Assembly (NCBI GenBank): GCA_002189035.1 | Contig: NEEC01000019.1 | Span: 1,364,001-1,428,000, forward strand | DNA length: 64,000 bases | Reading direction: 5' to 3' | Source of the DNA: Utricularia gibba | Taxonomy: Eukaryota; Plantae; Magnoliophyta | The notes under the pieces: model-generated | Seen by the model: the letters and a program-made list of their open reading frames with translations, nothing else | What the model was told of the DNA's origin: nothing | Database searches by the model: none | Program-made: the position numbers and the translations under genes | Part shown: in pieces, positions 24,168 through 37,274 of the stretch | Position numbering within the stretch: position 1 is the stretch's first letter | Layout: every line of letters begins with the position of its first letter

Positions 24168-27100
24168 TTAATAGCTCCGGCCCCAGTACGTCCACTTCCT
24201 TGCTGGTTTGCCAGAGGCAAAGCATAGTGTTCCTGCGATATCAACCATGACAGTCATCTCTGGACGTCTTATCATTCAATATCATCACTGAGGTTGCCAT
24301 CTCATATCAGGAAGTTTTGGGTGAATGTGGATTGTGCTTGCTCTGGGAGTATGGAAAGTTGTTTTACCTTCAGGGAGTTCAGGCTGGTCGAAAGGAGAAC
24401 AAAGGGACTTGGCTGCTCCCATATCCCCCTTTGTCCGGGCCTTGACGTCCTTCTCCACCTCCTGAACATAAAAGAACTCGTCGGTCAGTCGTAAGGGATC
24501 ATTACAAGCTTGTTCAAGAGGAAAGTATCACGACTCTGTGAATGAAGTCTGTATAAAATAAATACTAGTACGTCTGTGAATGCTGGAAGTTCTTCAAATA
24601 TGACAAGATCTTATGATGAACTGAGTTTCTACTGTAAAAAGCGAAGTGAAAGTAATGCAACGAAAAACCTTGATCACATACAAAGCGACCTGATTGTGCA
24701 TGACTGGAAAAAAATGGAGAAACAAGCTCAGGAGGGTCAGAGTATACCTCTTCATCGCACCATGGAGCCAGAATCATCTTCTTTTGGCCAAGAGCCTCAA
24801 CAAATTTGTCCCATGTGTGCACAACTTCAATACATGCATCTCTTTTTTCTTTGGCAGTGCTGAAAAGGTTTTTCTGGATGTTGTCAAGCATTTTTTTCAC
24901 TTCTTCAACCAAATCAGCCATGGGAATGTCATGTTTACTCGAGTCATCACGTCGAACTGCACGGACCTAATACACAAAAAGTTGATTTAGCATCCCTGAA
25001 TGAACTTAGGATCAATAGGGGAGAGAAAATAATTGGATGTCACTTACCTGATTCTTTTCAAAGTCCTTAGGTCCGATTTCTATTCTAAGAGGGACACCTT
25101 TCATTTCCCAGTGAGAGTACTTCCATCCAGGTGAGTAGTTATCCCGCAAGTCCACTTCTGCACGAATTCCTGACTCGCTCAGTAATTCAGCTGTGTTTGA
25201 GCACGCATCAAATATCCCCTTGGTGTCAGCATCTTTGTATGGCACAGGAACAACAATTACTTGCACAGATGCTACCCTTGGAGGCAGGACCAAGCCTTTG
25301 TCATCTCCGTGAACCATTATCATAACACCTATCTGCAGTAGATTGCCAAAAAGAAAGTGGTAACATTACGTTCAGTATGAGGATATTATACTACCGTCCT
25401 CATTTACAAGATAAGATCATTACAGTTCTGGTAGTGTAGGCCCAGGAGTTCTGCCAGACCATTGTCTTCTCCCCTTTCTCATTCTCAAAATTAATCTCAA
25501 ACATTTTCGCAAAATTTTGTCCAAGGCAATGTGAAGTTGCGCCTTGAACACCACGGCCAGTGTTTGGAATAAAAGCCTGCGAAGGCAAGTGCAAAATATC
25601 TCAGTTTGTGGTATGCAAGTCTTGGGGACATTTTTCAAATGATACAAACTGCATGTTATCAATTACCTCAACAGTAGTTGTATAAAGTCCACCAGCAAAC
25701 TTCTCATGCTCACTTTTCTTACCCTTAATTACAGGAACAGCCATGAATTCTTCATATATGCGCCTATAAAGCTCCAAGATATCAAGCACCTAAGAAAAAT
25801 TTACAATCCCAAGAAGAATTATCAGACACAAGACTAAACCGTAGTTGGAAAACACAGAGAGGTAAGACATATACATTAAAAAACATCCCACTTCAATTTT
25901 GATGCAAGAAACACTCAAAAGGAAAAATTCATATATGATCTAATGCTTAAAATAATGTTATACGTGAAACAAGTGTATAGTCAGAAGGCTCAAATCATTA
26001 ATTTCAAGGTAAACCCAAAAAGGAAAGTGACCTCGGTGTCTGCTTCAGCTTTGGTTGCAAAAGCAGTGTGGCCTTCCTGCCACAGGAACTCTCGGCTCCT
26101 GAAAATAACAAGTAAAGAAGCATCCTCTTATTTAAAAAAACGTTAAAATGTAAAGCCATTAAACAGTTGAATAATGGAGCAAGCAACCTAAAATAGAGGC
26201 AATTTTCACCTGATGAATGGAGTGGGATTGCTGAATTCCCACCTAACAACATTGCACCATTGGTTAAGTCTGAGAGGCAAGTCTCGATGACCCCTAATCC
26301 ACTTGGAGAAGTATGGATACATGACGGTCTCACTGGTAGGCCGTATTGCAATTGGCATCTCGAGTACTGACTCTCCAGACTTTGTGACCCATGCAACCTT
26401 CGAAACAAATTGAATCCCAATTTAGCACCAACGTATCAGCAACCCAACACACGAATACAACACTTCATCCAGAGAAATGATACCATGCAAAAACAAAGGG
26501 ATTTACCTCCGGAGCAAATCCTTCAATATGATCCTTCTCCTTTTGTAAGACACCAGATGATACAAATAAAGGGAAGTAGCAATTCTTGATTTTCATTTTC
26601 TTAATTTCTGCATCAAAGAATGTCTGAAAAGAAACGTAACTACACGAAAAAAGTGATTCCAGTCACAACAAACGGCAAGAGGGAGGCTTCCACTTGCATA
26701 AGGGCATTGACGTAGTATCTCTGTACTTACTTGCAATATCTCCCATATGGACATTGCCCAAGGACGAATAATGTAGCACCCAGAAATGTCATAGTACTCA
26801 ATCATTTCTCCATTAACTACAACCTGTAACATGGAGCCAGAAATCAGAATAAATGATTGTAGCTTAAAACCCTTCCAGTAAAATATAAAAGCGCTATTGC
26901 TATCAGAATGAACCCAAACAGATCGCAGTTACAGCTGGATGACAAGTAAAAGAAAAAAAAAGCTACAAGTCACAAAGGTTTCTAGTTGAAACATAATAAA
27001 CCAATAACGCATCCAAAATCCAATTAAATTTTGATATTCCCACCTCAGAATACCACTCTCCGAAGTTCTCATCCTTCTTGTACGAAAGGCCAAGGCCCGT

Positions 27101-27239
27101 CTCCTTTTTCACTTCCTTCTTCTTCCCCTCTGCAGAGACAGATCACATCAGCTTAAAAATTTTCGAAAATTGGATCGAAGCTCACGGAGTAGCAAAAGGA
27201 CTTACTGGAACCGGAGCTCTTAGCTTCTTTTCCGGCCAT
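24168..27239 (-). CDS. ProRS: Cytosolic prolyl-tRNA synthetase
   Basis: [99 protein letters not shown] and terminal WTYWGRSY*. Confidence 0.97.
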
Positions 27240-27676
27240 GGCGATACGCCCCCGACTTCAAAATAAACTAGCCTGCTTCATAAATATTAGCATCACAAAG
27301 ATTCAGAAACACCAGCCGCGAAGTTTATCAGAAATTCAAGAAACGAAACCAACAAGGTCCCTCGAGATCAGACAGACGAAAAAAACGCAGAAATCCTCGA
27401 AAAAAGAAACTCACCAGGATTACCACAAGAACAACGTACAAAAATACCATGGACATACCTTTTGAAAATCGGAAACAGCAGAGAAGCACAAAGCTGAAAC
27501 GCCGGCGGAGTGAGCAACGCTAGGGCGTGCGCCGTCGCTATATTTATATATTTCCATTATTTTGCTATTATCACTCCGTTTTTTTTAAGAAAAAAACCTT
27601 AGCCCTATAATTGCGGTTTTTTTTTTTTTTTCGTTTGGGCAGAATTTGAAATATTAGTAAAAAAACGGTAATCCTA

Positions 27677-27685
27677 AAACCCTAA
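27677..27685 (+). promoter_or_regulatory. Telo-box (AAACCCTAA) in the compact divergent ProRS/LRR promoter
   Basis: Exact motif about 45 nt upstream of the LRR ATG; only about 490 nt separate the two start codons. Confidence 0.5.
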
Positions 27686-27729
27686 TTGGAGCGAGGCGAA
27701 GAATAGGTGCTATTCGAAATCCAAAGGCG

Positions 27730-30263
27730 ATGACAGTTCTGAGTTCGGAGAGGATACTGAAAGAGAAGAATACATCGGAGGCAACCTCCGTTACGGCTCT
27801 GACTCTCACTCATAGAGCCCTCTCTGATGTAATTTGCTTGTGTATTGCTAGTTGAGAAAACTATGCCTCTCTTTTTCCTTTTTGGTGATAAATTCGCTGG
27901 TTACTGATTTGGGTTTTGAAGGTTTCATGCCTGAGGGATTTCAAGAATTTGGAGAAGCTTGATCTGAGCTTCAATAATTTGACTTCACTTGAGGTATTGT
28001 GAAAACACAATTCCGTGGGTACAGAGCTTTTATTGATTCGGCTTTTTTTGTTGTTTTCCTATTCTGGGATAAGGTAAAATGTTTGCCTACTTCTTCTGAA
28101 ACTCCTAGACTTTGAAGTCATGTGTCAATCTCAAGTGGTTGTCAGTAGCGAATAACAATCTCCAAAGCTTGAAAGGAATCGAATACTTGAGTAAACTCAC
28201 AGTGAGTGGCTGCTCTCCTGTTCTCAACACGATATGCTTGCATTTGGATATTCAAATGTTTGATTTAATATTTAAAAGTGTCTTGCTTTTCGTAAAAGGT
28301 GCTCAATGCTGGGAAAAACAAGCTCGAGTCAATGAATGAAGTTGAGACGCTTACTAGCCTGAGAGCATTGATTTTGAATGGTGAGCTCTTGGTTTACTGA
28401 AAGACGTGACTCTTTCAATACTGTAGGTATATTTCGTGCTAGTACTAATCCATATCCTTTTCATTGCCGTTATGCAGACAATGAAATTAATGCAGTTTCC
28501 AATCTTCAACAGATGAAGGAATTAAATACCCTTGGTATGCTTTAGTCTTTGTATCAGCACATGAGTGATATGGCCATGAGTTCATTTTTCTTATTGAATT
28601 CATGGTTTATGATTGATCAAGCAAAGAATTTGTACATGAACAGTATACCACCCTCTCTTGTTCTTTTGCAAACTTGTTTAACCTTAATTTCGGGTAATGG
28701 AAATGATTTCATTGATAATACAGTCATTTTCGGGGCTTCAGTACTCTTTATTCTAATTTTCATGGGAGCACATATTCTTTTTGGTAATGGTGTATAGCTA
28801 AGTAATTTGGCTATTAAGCTACATTTTCATATCTGGATGGTCCAACAATGCAGTTCTCTCAAGAAATCCTATCAGTTCTCTTCCTGAGTCTCTGAAAAAT
28901 CTGAAATCAATTACCAAAGTATGTTTTAATTAATTGTGGGTTCTGGACATAAGTCATATTGCGTATCAGGGCACTAACGGCATTCCCTTTTACAGCTCTC
29001 CCTGTCTAGATGCAAACTGTCTTCAGTTGATTTAGCTCTTCTGTCATGCTTGAACTTGAAAGAGCTCCGCTTATCTCACAATGAGGTCATGGTATGAATC
29101 TATCTTGTTTCTGTATATCAATCAGAATGCTTTATTTCATCCATTTGTGTACGCAAACTTGCCATTCTGGTAACTGAAATCGGTGATTTTCTTGCCTTAG
29201 AAATTAAAATATCTCTAAAAAGAGCCTATTGCAAACCACTGATTCATGGTCTATATTACAGTCTATTCCTGATGAGTTCGGACGTCTGGTGAAACTGCAG
29301 AATTTGGACATGGGCAACAATTTGATCAGTAACTGGTCTAGTGTAAAGGTGAAATATTTGTGAGCTAAAGTTCCTTGGTTTGTGCCTTTATGTATTGTTT
29401 ACATGGTTTTTAATGCATACTAGGTTCTCTGTTCGTTAGTCAATCTGAAAAACCTGAATCTTCAAGGCAATCCGATTGCTGAAAGGGAGAAGCTTCTTAA
29501 GAAAGTATGCTTATGCAGCTGTAATTCTGTTTTTCTTTTTTGATAACCCTTCTGCCAAAATATAGATGATTGATGGAATGTGGCTCAGGTCAAAAAATCG
29601 TTGCCCCGACTGCATATCTTCAATGCTAGACCAATAGAAAAGATATCCCCAAATGAAGTGCATGTTGACGAAGGCGAGGCAGGTCAGTCGAAGAAGGTCA
29701 ACAACTCAAGTGAAGCTCAATACTCGAATAGAAGCACAGATAAGAGCCAAGGTGATTCCCAGAGTGTGGTCAAGAAAAAGAAAACAAAAGAACTGGTGCA
29801 AAGAGGGGACCAAAATGGTGTTGATACTATCAATATACCTGAGAAGAACATGAAGAAAGCATCAAAAGTACAACAGAGTGGTGGCAAAGTGACACCTGGG
29901 GAAGCAAAAGAAGCAAGGCTCCGGAAAGCACTGAATGGAACAGCCAAGGGCCCTGATTTACAGACAGATGCCATTGAGGCTGCTGAACAAGGTGATAAGA
30001 AAACAAGGAAGCACCTCAAAAAGGAAGACGGAGCCATGATAGACTCATCAGAAGTACCTTTCAACGATATCTTTGCCTCCATTCTCCCAGAACAAACTTC
30101 CCAGGAGAAAACAAACGTTAAACGTATCCTCGACACCAGTGGAGCCACAGCCATGCCTTCCAAGAAAAAGAAGAGGAATCAAGCTGTGAAGGCAGATGTT
30201 ATTCATTTTCTACAAGCTGAAGAAATCGGGTTGGGCGGTCCATCCACTTGGGATGATGCGTGA
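27730..30263 (+). CDS. SDS22-like leucine-rich-repeat protein with Lys-rich C-terminal tail, 10 exons
   Basis: LEKLDLSFNNLTSLE, LKWLSVANNNLQSLKGI, LRALILNDNEI and LKNLNLQGNPI; C-terminus EEIGLGGPSTWDDA*. All junctions are GT-AG and in frame. Confidence 0.9.
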
Positions 30264-30620
30264 TTCTTCTCTGGTAACATTGCTCTTACTTAGTTTTACG
30301 CACACCTCCATTGCATAAGATTATGAGCAACTAGGAAAGTGGGGGGTATCCCTTTACCTTGTCTCCATGCTTTGGCTTTCCTTGGTGAGATTGCAATTGA
30401 TGTCGCATGGATTTTGTATCTGTTAAAATTTATTCATTGAGATGTATTCCCCATTTTGTGTTGAACCCAAAAAGTCAATGTTGTAAAATCAGATTTAATT
30501 TATTCGTAATTTTGGGTTCAATTTTTTTAATAAAGTATGAAAAATAAAATAATTATATAAATTTTAAATTTTTTATAAAAATTATTGAATTCAAATTAAG
30601 ACATTATTGGTTGGCAAATC

Positions 30621-30662
30621 ATTATTATGATTATTATGATTATGATTATTATTATTATTATT
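30621..30662. repeat. Compound (ATT/ATG) microsatellite
   Basis: ATTATTATG repeats grading into (ATT)n. Confidence 0.8.
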
Positions 30663-30844
30663 CTTGAATCGTTATTAAAATGTGGTGCATTGATTGGTGA
30701 CGTCACCCCTGAGATTCACTTGCCCTAAATGTGCTTTCCAGGTAAAAGAGGCGACTGGATGACGTAGAGATGGAGACCAAAGTAGCAGAATCGCGGGGCG
30801 GGTGCTTCGTCTTCACACGGAACGCAGGTCACGGGGTGCGGTAT

Positions 30845-31738
30845 TCAGTCGTCGGAGTCCTCTTCCTCCTCCGCCGCAGATGTCTCCTCCTGTGACGGCG
30901 GTTATGGACATTAGTCACTACACAGTTGTGGATTCTCAAAACCGTAAATAACTGACTGGCCGACCTGTGAGGCTGCATGTTCCGCTTGATCATCTCCGCC
31001 AGCACCGCTATCACTTGAATCAACTCCTACTTCAGGGTCGCCGGCGTCGGGGTCGGCGATCCGTCGTCGGAGATACTCCGCAAGTTGTTCTTGAAGCTCG
31101 GGAAAAAAGCTATCCGAGTCCGAGTCCGAGTCATCTTCATCCCCAAGATTCTCTTCACCCGGCTGCGGCGGCGTGTCGTGGTCGTTATTCGGGAGTTGAA
31201 GATCCGCTACCCTGAGTGCATGGTACTCGATAAGATCTTCGCGGAACGCGTCGATGAACTGCCGCAGCACCTCCGCACGTTCCTCTCCGTGGAACATTTC
31301 ATCGATATTCATGGGATTGTCGCGAAACATTTCTCCCTGGCCCTGGGGGAGGACGATCGGCGGCAATTGGGCTCCGGGAACTCTCGTCACCATGGCGTCG
31401 AGAAGTTGGTACGAGTACTCGATAACGAATTCTCGGATGGCGTCTTGGTTGGAGGCGGTTTGTCGGGCGACTAGACGACAGCGGCTTCGGAAGTCGGCCA
31501 TGGTGAGGTCAAGAAAACGGTCTACGAGTTCCGCACGTGGGTCTTCTACCTCTTCGTCGGAGCTGGATTCAACGATTTGAGCCAAGAGACGGTTTACGGC
31601 GGCGGAGGTGGAAGAAGGTGGGGTATGTTGAGACTCCGGTTCGTCGGCGTCCGATTCCGATAAGCCTGTAAACGGCGGTTCGCCATCTGCCATTTTCTCG
31701 ATTTCCTTCCGCTCTGAAACTGCCTCTCCAGGCTCCAC
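30845..31738 (-). CDS. Unrecognised acidic protein, 2 exons (31738-30965, 30889-30845)
   Basis: Long GC-rich ORF with a TATA-like ATATATA immediately upstream. A 75-nt GT-AG intron (30964-30890) joins ...HAASQ to EETSAAEEEEDSDD*. No family recognised. Confidence 0.6.
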
Positions 31739-31918
31739 ATATATATAGGTCAGGCCAGTAACGCAAACCGTTGGATAAAGTGGTGACGTGGCATCTTGAT
31801 TTTATAATTTCAGAAAATTCATAAATCCTTTTCTGGATATGAAGTAAATTCCCTTGACGTGTCATGGGACCCACAAATACTGGAATCTGTAACGCAACGC
31901 TACTCTGGTTCGATATAA

Positions 31919-33247
31919 GGAAACTGGGGGTTTCCAGGGGAGGATCCGGTAGCCGGAGCTGGACCGCCGGCGACGGGTCCATCAGACCCGCTTTTAGGAT
32001 CCCACGCCGTCATTGTCGCTGACGACGACGTCTTGGCTGTTTCTGCGCAGCCTGTTTCGGTGTTTAATCCTGACGGGCAAGTCACTGGTGTTGGGCAAGC
32101 GGAGAAGCCACAAAGAGTTGCCGGATGTACGAAGGGGCTCATCGATCGGGTAAACCTTCCTTGCCTATTTTCTTTGCTGGTATTTCTATTGCTTCTTGGA
32201 AAGCGGTTTACCGTATGAAGAATCCTTGTTTTGGATGCCTTTAGTTGCAGCCGGTGTTTATTGTAGGAATGTTCACCGTGGGATTGTATTAGGCCCGGCG
32301 TAGCCGGTAGAATACCAACTTTTTAAAAATAAAAAGGTATTTCCAAACTTTTGATGTTCTGAAGTAGAAATCATTGATAATTAAATTATTTCTGTAGAAA
32401 CTGTTCTTAAGAGAACCATACTTTTTGGTGTGTTAATTGCACTTCAGCATGTTGTTGCCCTTGATTGTGTTCATTGTGCGGTGTGCGATGGGAAAATCAA
32501 AGCTTCTAACCCCAGACTGATGAGTAAAGTTGAAGGCTGTTCGGCCTAGTTGTTGCAGATTGGTATCCTTTCTTGTATCCTGCGATCATATAAAAACTCC
32601 ATTCGATTAGCTGAACTTGTATCAGGGTATTTAGGCTATCGCTTATTAGATGTATGAAAGCATAAACCCATTTCTCTTTCATGTTGGAGCTGTAGCAGTT
32701 GATATGTCTCATGAAAGCAGCAAGAGATGTACGTCATGTGAGAGGATAAGTCGGATGGAAACTCACCATGGCGTATTTAATCTGTTATTTTGCTGCTGGA
32801 GCAAATCTTTGGCAAGTTACACCAAACCCATTTCCATCACAGGTGTGCTCTGAATTTTGTGACTAATTCTTTCGCTTGATCGTCTTCTATGTTAAGCTGC
32901 TTTCTATCAGATGCACCTCGTCCCTTCTCTTAACATTCGCCTGAAAAACATACATGATAACACAGTGTGGCCAGTTCAATGACTGGTCCAGTTCTGAAGT
33001 CTTTGCTAAAAGATAAGAGCACAAGCTTTGTTGGATGCCAATGTTGATAAATTACATTTTGTATGCTGCCGCCATTTGTTTAGTGTCGTTTGTAAACGAG
33101 ACATTCCTTTCTTCTCATCTCTTCTGGATATATCCAATGTGCAGTATTACAGGGAGCTAACGGGACAGCAGAGATTTCGCAAGTCTTCACTTGTTGAGAA
33201 CAATGGAACAACTGAAGAGAAAGCCAGGTCGTGAAGCACATGACAAG
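31919..33247 (+). ncRNA. Candidate spliced long non-coding RNA or degenerate orphan gene divergent from the acidic ORF
   Basis: TATA-like GATATAAG at ~31912; GC-rich first exon; donor CGG|GTAAAC at 32150, acceptor TTGCAG| at 32250, donors at ~32337 and 33248. No ATG-initiated long ORF. Confidence 0.3.
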
Positions 33248-35946
33248 GTAAGCAAAAGCAGGCCAGTCCAATTTATCTATCACTCAACTGAGAGGTCCAT
33301 CCATATTTCTTTCCCTGGTAGCCAAAGCCCAAAAAAGAGGAAACCCCACAGCAAGAACTAATCTGAGAGTTTGTTCTTTTCTGCAACCCCATGTGAGCCC
33401 CGGTAATGAGTGATTCTAATTTGACTCTTCACTCACCTCACACCAGGAAGTAATCTGCATTGATGCCCTCCGGCCTGCGGATCGAACTCCCAAGTCTAAT
33501 CCCAATTTTCCAGGCTTGGAACCAAGCGCTTGGTCCCATGAAGCCAGTGCTAGCTGAGGGGAGAGTCATATTATGTCTCAGAGAACTCCTGCACCCCACA
33601 GTGTCAGCTAGTGAAAACCAATTACAATGTGGTTATTACCATAAAATGTTACTGTGGTAAATTATTCGCGTGTGGTAATTATTTACCACCTGCAGCCTCT
33701 CCACTCACACCAAGATAACTTTGGGGCTGGGATTCAGTATAGTTGGACAGTGAACTGTACAATAAAATAAACATGAATAAAGAGATATTTAATTTTTTTA
33801 TAACCACACTCTTCAAATGCAAGTATTCAATAAAATTTTGATGTTTTATACTTATTTTCATATATAAAAAAAACATTCAACACTTACATTTTTTTAAAGG
33901 TAGCTGTCCGCTGTCAGATAGTGTGGTGAAATTTAAAGTACCTGGCAGAGTTTTCAAAGAAGGGTAAATAATTCTTTTCCTAATATATCAAGATGGCTCA
34001 TTTACGACAGTAGATAGCAACCAATTGTCAAAATCCAACAGCTTGGTAAATCAGTTCTCCCTACTGATCTCAAACCTAAGCAGGTTTATTAGAAAATGGT
34101 GATAAAACAGTTTAATTCTGATTTTCAGACAATTTATAACTAGAACTTCGGTCAAGGACCGTAGAAATAACAAAAGGAACAAGTTGTCGGAAACTTCATT
34201 TTCTCATGCAACTCGATGGAAAAAAAGAAAAAAAAAACAATAAAGTTCTGTTGGGGCGGACACACAACACAACAACAAAGGCTGGGGATAATTCAATTTT
34301 CGCTGCTGCAGCCACAGAGCTTAAATCCATGGCATGGAGTGAAGGACACGTACCTCTCGCATTCATCATCAATACAAAAAGTTGAGAAGGTCGTTGGATG
34401 GATATCTCTATTTATGATGCTGCCTCCTCCTCTCCAACTCCAGCCATGTTGTTGCTGCTTGTCATTTGGTGTGGTTTAGAAAGCATGGTTCGATTTTTTT
34501 AGAACGGGCCCCTGTTTCTCTCAGTGATTACAAACTCAAACCTGTGCTCTGGAAGGAAACATTGAAAGCAAGAAGCAATAATGAAGTTTTCAAATTCAAT
34601 GGTTGTTGACAGAACTAGAAGCCAAATTTTATTAGGAGATTAGATGAGTCATTTATTAGGACGATGGATGATATGATCCAGGAATAATTGACCCCAAGTG
34701 TCAGATTCGCATTATTACCTGTGTTAAAGCCTTGCTTGGATGATGACACCATAACGATATTTGGTGGATGCTGATAGCCCACTGGATTGGTTACACGTAT
34801 ACCTGTAGCAAAGAGGACGCACCTACCATTAGTTCATAACATGGTATGGTAAGAGGGGAGCGTACCATGCCACAGCATGGTTGATGCGGGGGAGGAGGTT
34901 TTGAATTGAGCTGAGGCAAGGAAAACATTCCAAGGTAGTTAGGGTTATAAATGAGGGCAGATAGTGTTATTGGTTGCAATGGTGTTGGTGATGTGTATCT
35001 CCCCTTCAATTAATGCCATCGCTGCCCTCAGATTTAACACCATCACTTACTTATATTTACTGCACTTCAATTCCGCCTCTTCATGTTCCCAATTCCCCTC
35101 CTCTATCTTGTCTTGTTCCCCCTACACTGGAAATGAACATTATTAATTCCGTTGGCCATTCATAGGGCATGCAGTTCAAGTTCAGCGCCATCCCAATTCA
35201 AATCTGCCCATGAGAAGAGTGCATGCAGTTCAAGTTCTTTTCATTCTGTGAATTTGACATCGATTGTGAAGTGCATACCTGATTGCACCTCCCACTTTCT
35301 TGATCTCATCATGTGGCGATGTTTCTTTGTCCACTTCACCTCAAGGATGAAGTTGAATCCATCACATGATCTGAGGATGGACATGCAGAATTAACACTTG
35401 TACACTGGACGGAATGAAATGCATCATGTAATATACTGCATATCAAAACTAGAGCAATTACTTTTTTAAAAGAGGTGGGTCACACGTTGGTATTATTGAA
35501 TGTAAATGAGATGAAGAAAACAGGGTAGGGACCAAAGTTGACAAATTTTGTAAGTAGGTAGACCAATTTTGATGATGACAAAAGTTAGGCTGTCAAAAAT
35601 TGATAATATTTGTGGTACCAAATTTACAGTTTCCCCTCGGCAATCCAACATCAATTCCTCCCTCCCTCCACATTCAATGCGCTATCTAGTGTGCTTCAAC
35701 CTCTCTATCTCTATCTCTATATAAACTGGCGAAATTTCCACCAAATTTTTATACTAAAACATCCTAGCCCCAAAGAAACAGCCTTCATGATGCAGCTCAG
35801 TTCTCTACCAGAGAAGTAAGTTGAGGAAGAAGCAAGTTTAGTAGTATCATATGCATACGAATACCTATTTCTTTTTTCACCTAATTTCCTGTTCTGATGA
35901 CGGTGATGTTTTGTGCAGTTCAAGGGGGTTGAAGAACCCAACAAAG

Positions 35947-36267
35947 ATGGAGTTTGACAGCAATGAGAGTCCCAAGTTGGAGCTGAAGCTCAAGCTGTCT
36001 CCACCAAGGGAGCACTGGGGTCGACTTAACGGAGTCGTTTCGATGGTGGAGATATCACCATCGCCACCAAGCTCTTGTGTGTCGCGTGAGACAAGTCCAG
36101 AGGCAAACAACAGCAGCAGCTCAATGGTGTTGGTCGGCTGCCCTCGGTGTCTCATGTATGTTATGCTACTTGGGAGTGATCCAAAGTGCCCAAAGTGCAA
36201 GAGCACAGTTTTGCTTGATTTCCTGCGGGAAGACAGGGCAAGGAGAATCACAAAATTCAAAATTTAG
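35947..36267 (+). CDS. GIR1/GIR2-type (GL2-interacting repressor) small protein, intronless
   Basis: SPKLELKLKLSPP EAR-like motif, SPPSSCVS, and MVLVGCPRCLMYVML...PKCPKCKSTVLLDFL zinc-ribbon motif. Confidence 0.9.
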   Translation: MEFDSNESPKLELKLKLSPPREHWGRLNGVVSMVEISPSPPSSCVSRETSPEANNSSSSMVLVGCPRCLMYVMLLGSDPKCPKCKSTVLLDFLREDRARRITKFKI

Positions 36268-37274
36268 TCAACTGTAGCAGTTATCAATATGTGTTTCTCT
36301 AGTTTGGGGGGTTTGTGTTTTTTTCTTTTGTTTTTTGCGGGGGGTTTAGGCTTCAGAGAACTGACTACGTAGCGCTGGCTGGTTTTGTAGTATCCTTAGT
36401 CTCTGATGATCTTAATGACATAAAAAAGGCAGAAAATTGATCAAGCTCGACTGCTAATCTGAAAGAAAGAACTCACCCATCATTCACAAGAGAATGCATA
36501 ATGAAAAAGAAGCCGGGTTTCAATCGATAAGCTAACCAACAAAGGCTCAATAATTGATATGCAGATTAGTGAAAAGATAGAAAGAAAACAAAAACCAACA
36601 TGCTGTGGAGGCAACCGCGAAAGAAGCATTTGAAGGAGGTTTTGAACCAAACACATGGGATCAAATCTTAAACAAATGCCACACATAACCAAATACAACA
36701 TCAATAAATGAAACAGAAGCCAAAGGTAGAACTGAAGGCAAGTAAACTTACTTGGCTGATGTGCCGAAGCATTGAATGATGGAAAGGTAACATTAATAAC
36801 TGTGGCGTGAACAATAAATGCATTCAATTGATGCAGCAACAAACCACCTACGGGAGATATCTACAACAATTTACTGGGAAGTTGAATTTTCGAATTAGAG
36901 TTGGTGTATCTATGACTGCAATAATATGTCAAATATCTACTCGGCAGCAGACCATGCATTAGAGTTTCAGGCGCATTCAATACCAAAATGCACTAACAGA
37001 ATGATAATTGCAACACCACTGAAACTGAATCTCTTATTGCCATCTTGTTTACTATTTCAACATGACAAACACTTCGTTTAATTGATGCAATAGGCAATCA
37101 GCAGGAAAGGCAGCCAATACTTGAATGAATACACACAGTAACACAGGGAGTTGGGTAGTGCTTCTTGGTGAGAAATATCCGACTCCATTGACTAAATATC
37201 AACACAAACAACATGAAGATGACTTTCGGAGAGCAAGAATGGAGAGAAGGTGATGGATCCATAGCGACGTTGCA

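Noticed and set aside
24724-24736. AAGCTCAGGAGGG, identical to the first 13 nt of miR390
   Set aside because: The match stops after 13 nt, there is no hairpin partner, and its complement lies in a ProRS intron. It is neither a MIR390 gene nor a credible TAS3-type target.
32563-32934. U12-type donor-like GTATCCTTT (32563) and branch-like CTCTTAAC (32927)
   Set aside because: No AG acceptor at U12 spacing, a U2-type acceptor lies just upstream (32910), and there is no known host gene.
33652-33690. Imperfect inverted repeat GTGGTAAAT...ATTTACCAC
   Set aside because: Too short for a miRNA precursor or MITE, and no known mature miRNA sequence was found in it.
34735-34810. C/D snoRNA-like ATGATGA...CTGA
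   Set aside because: No terminal stem, second D box or recognisable rRNA antisense element; such short motifs occur by chance.
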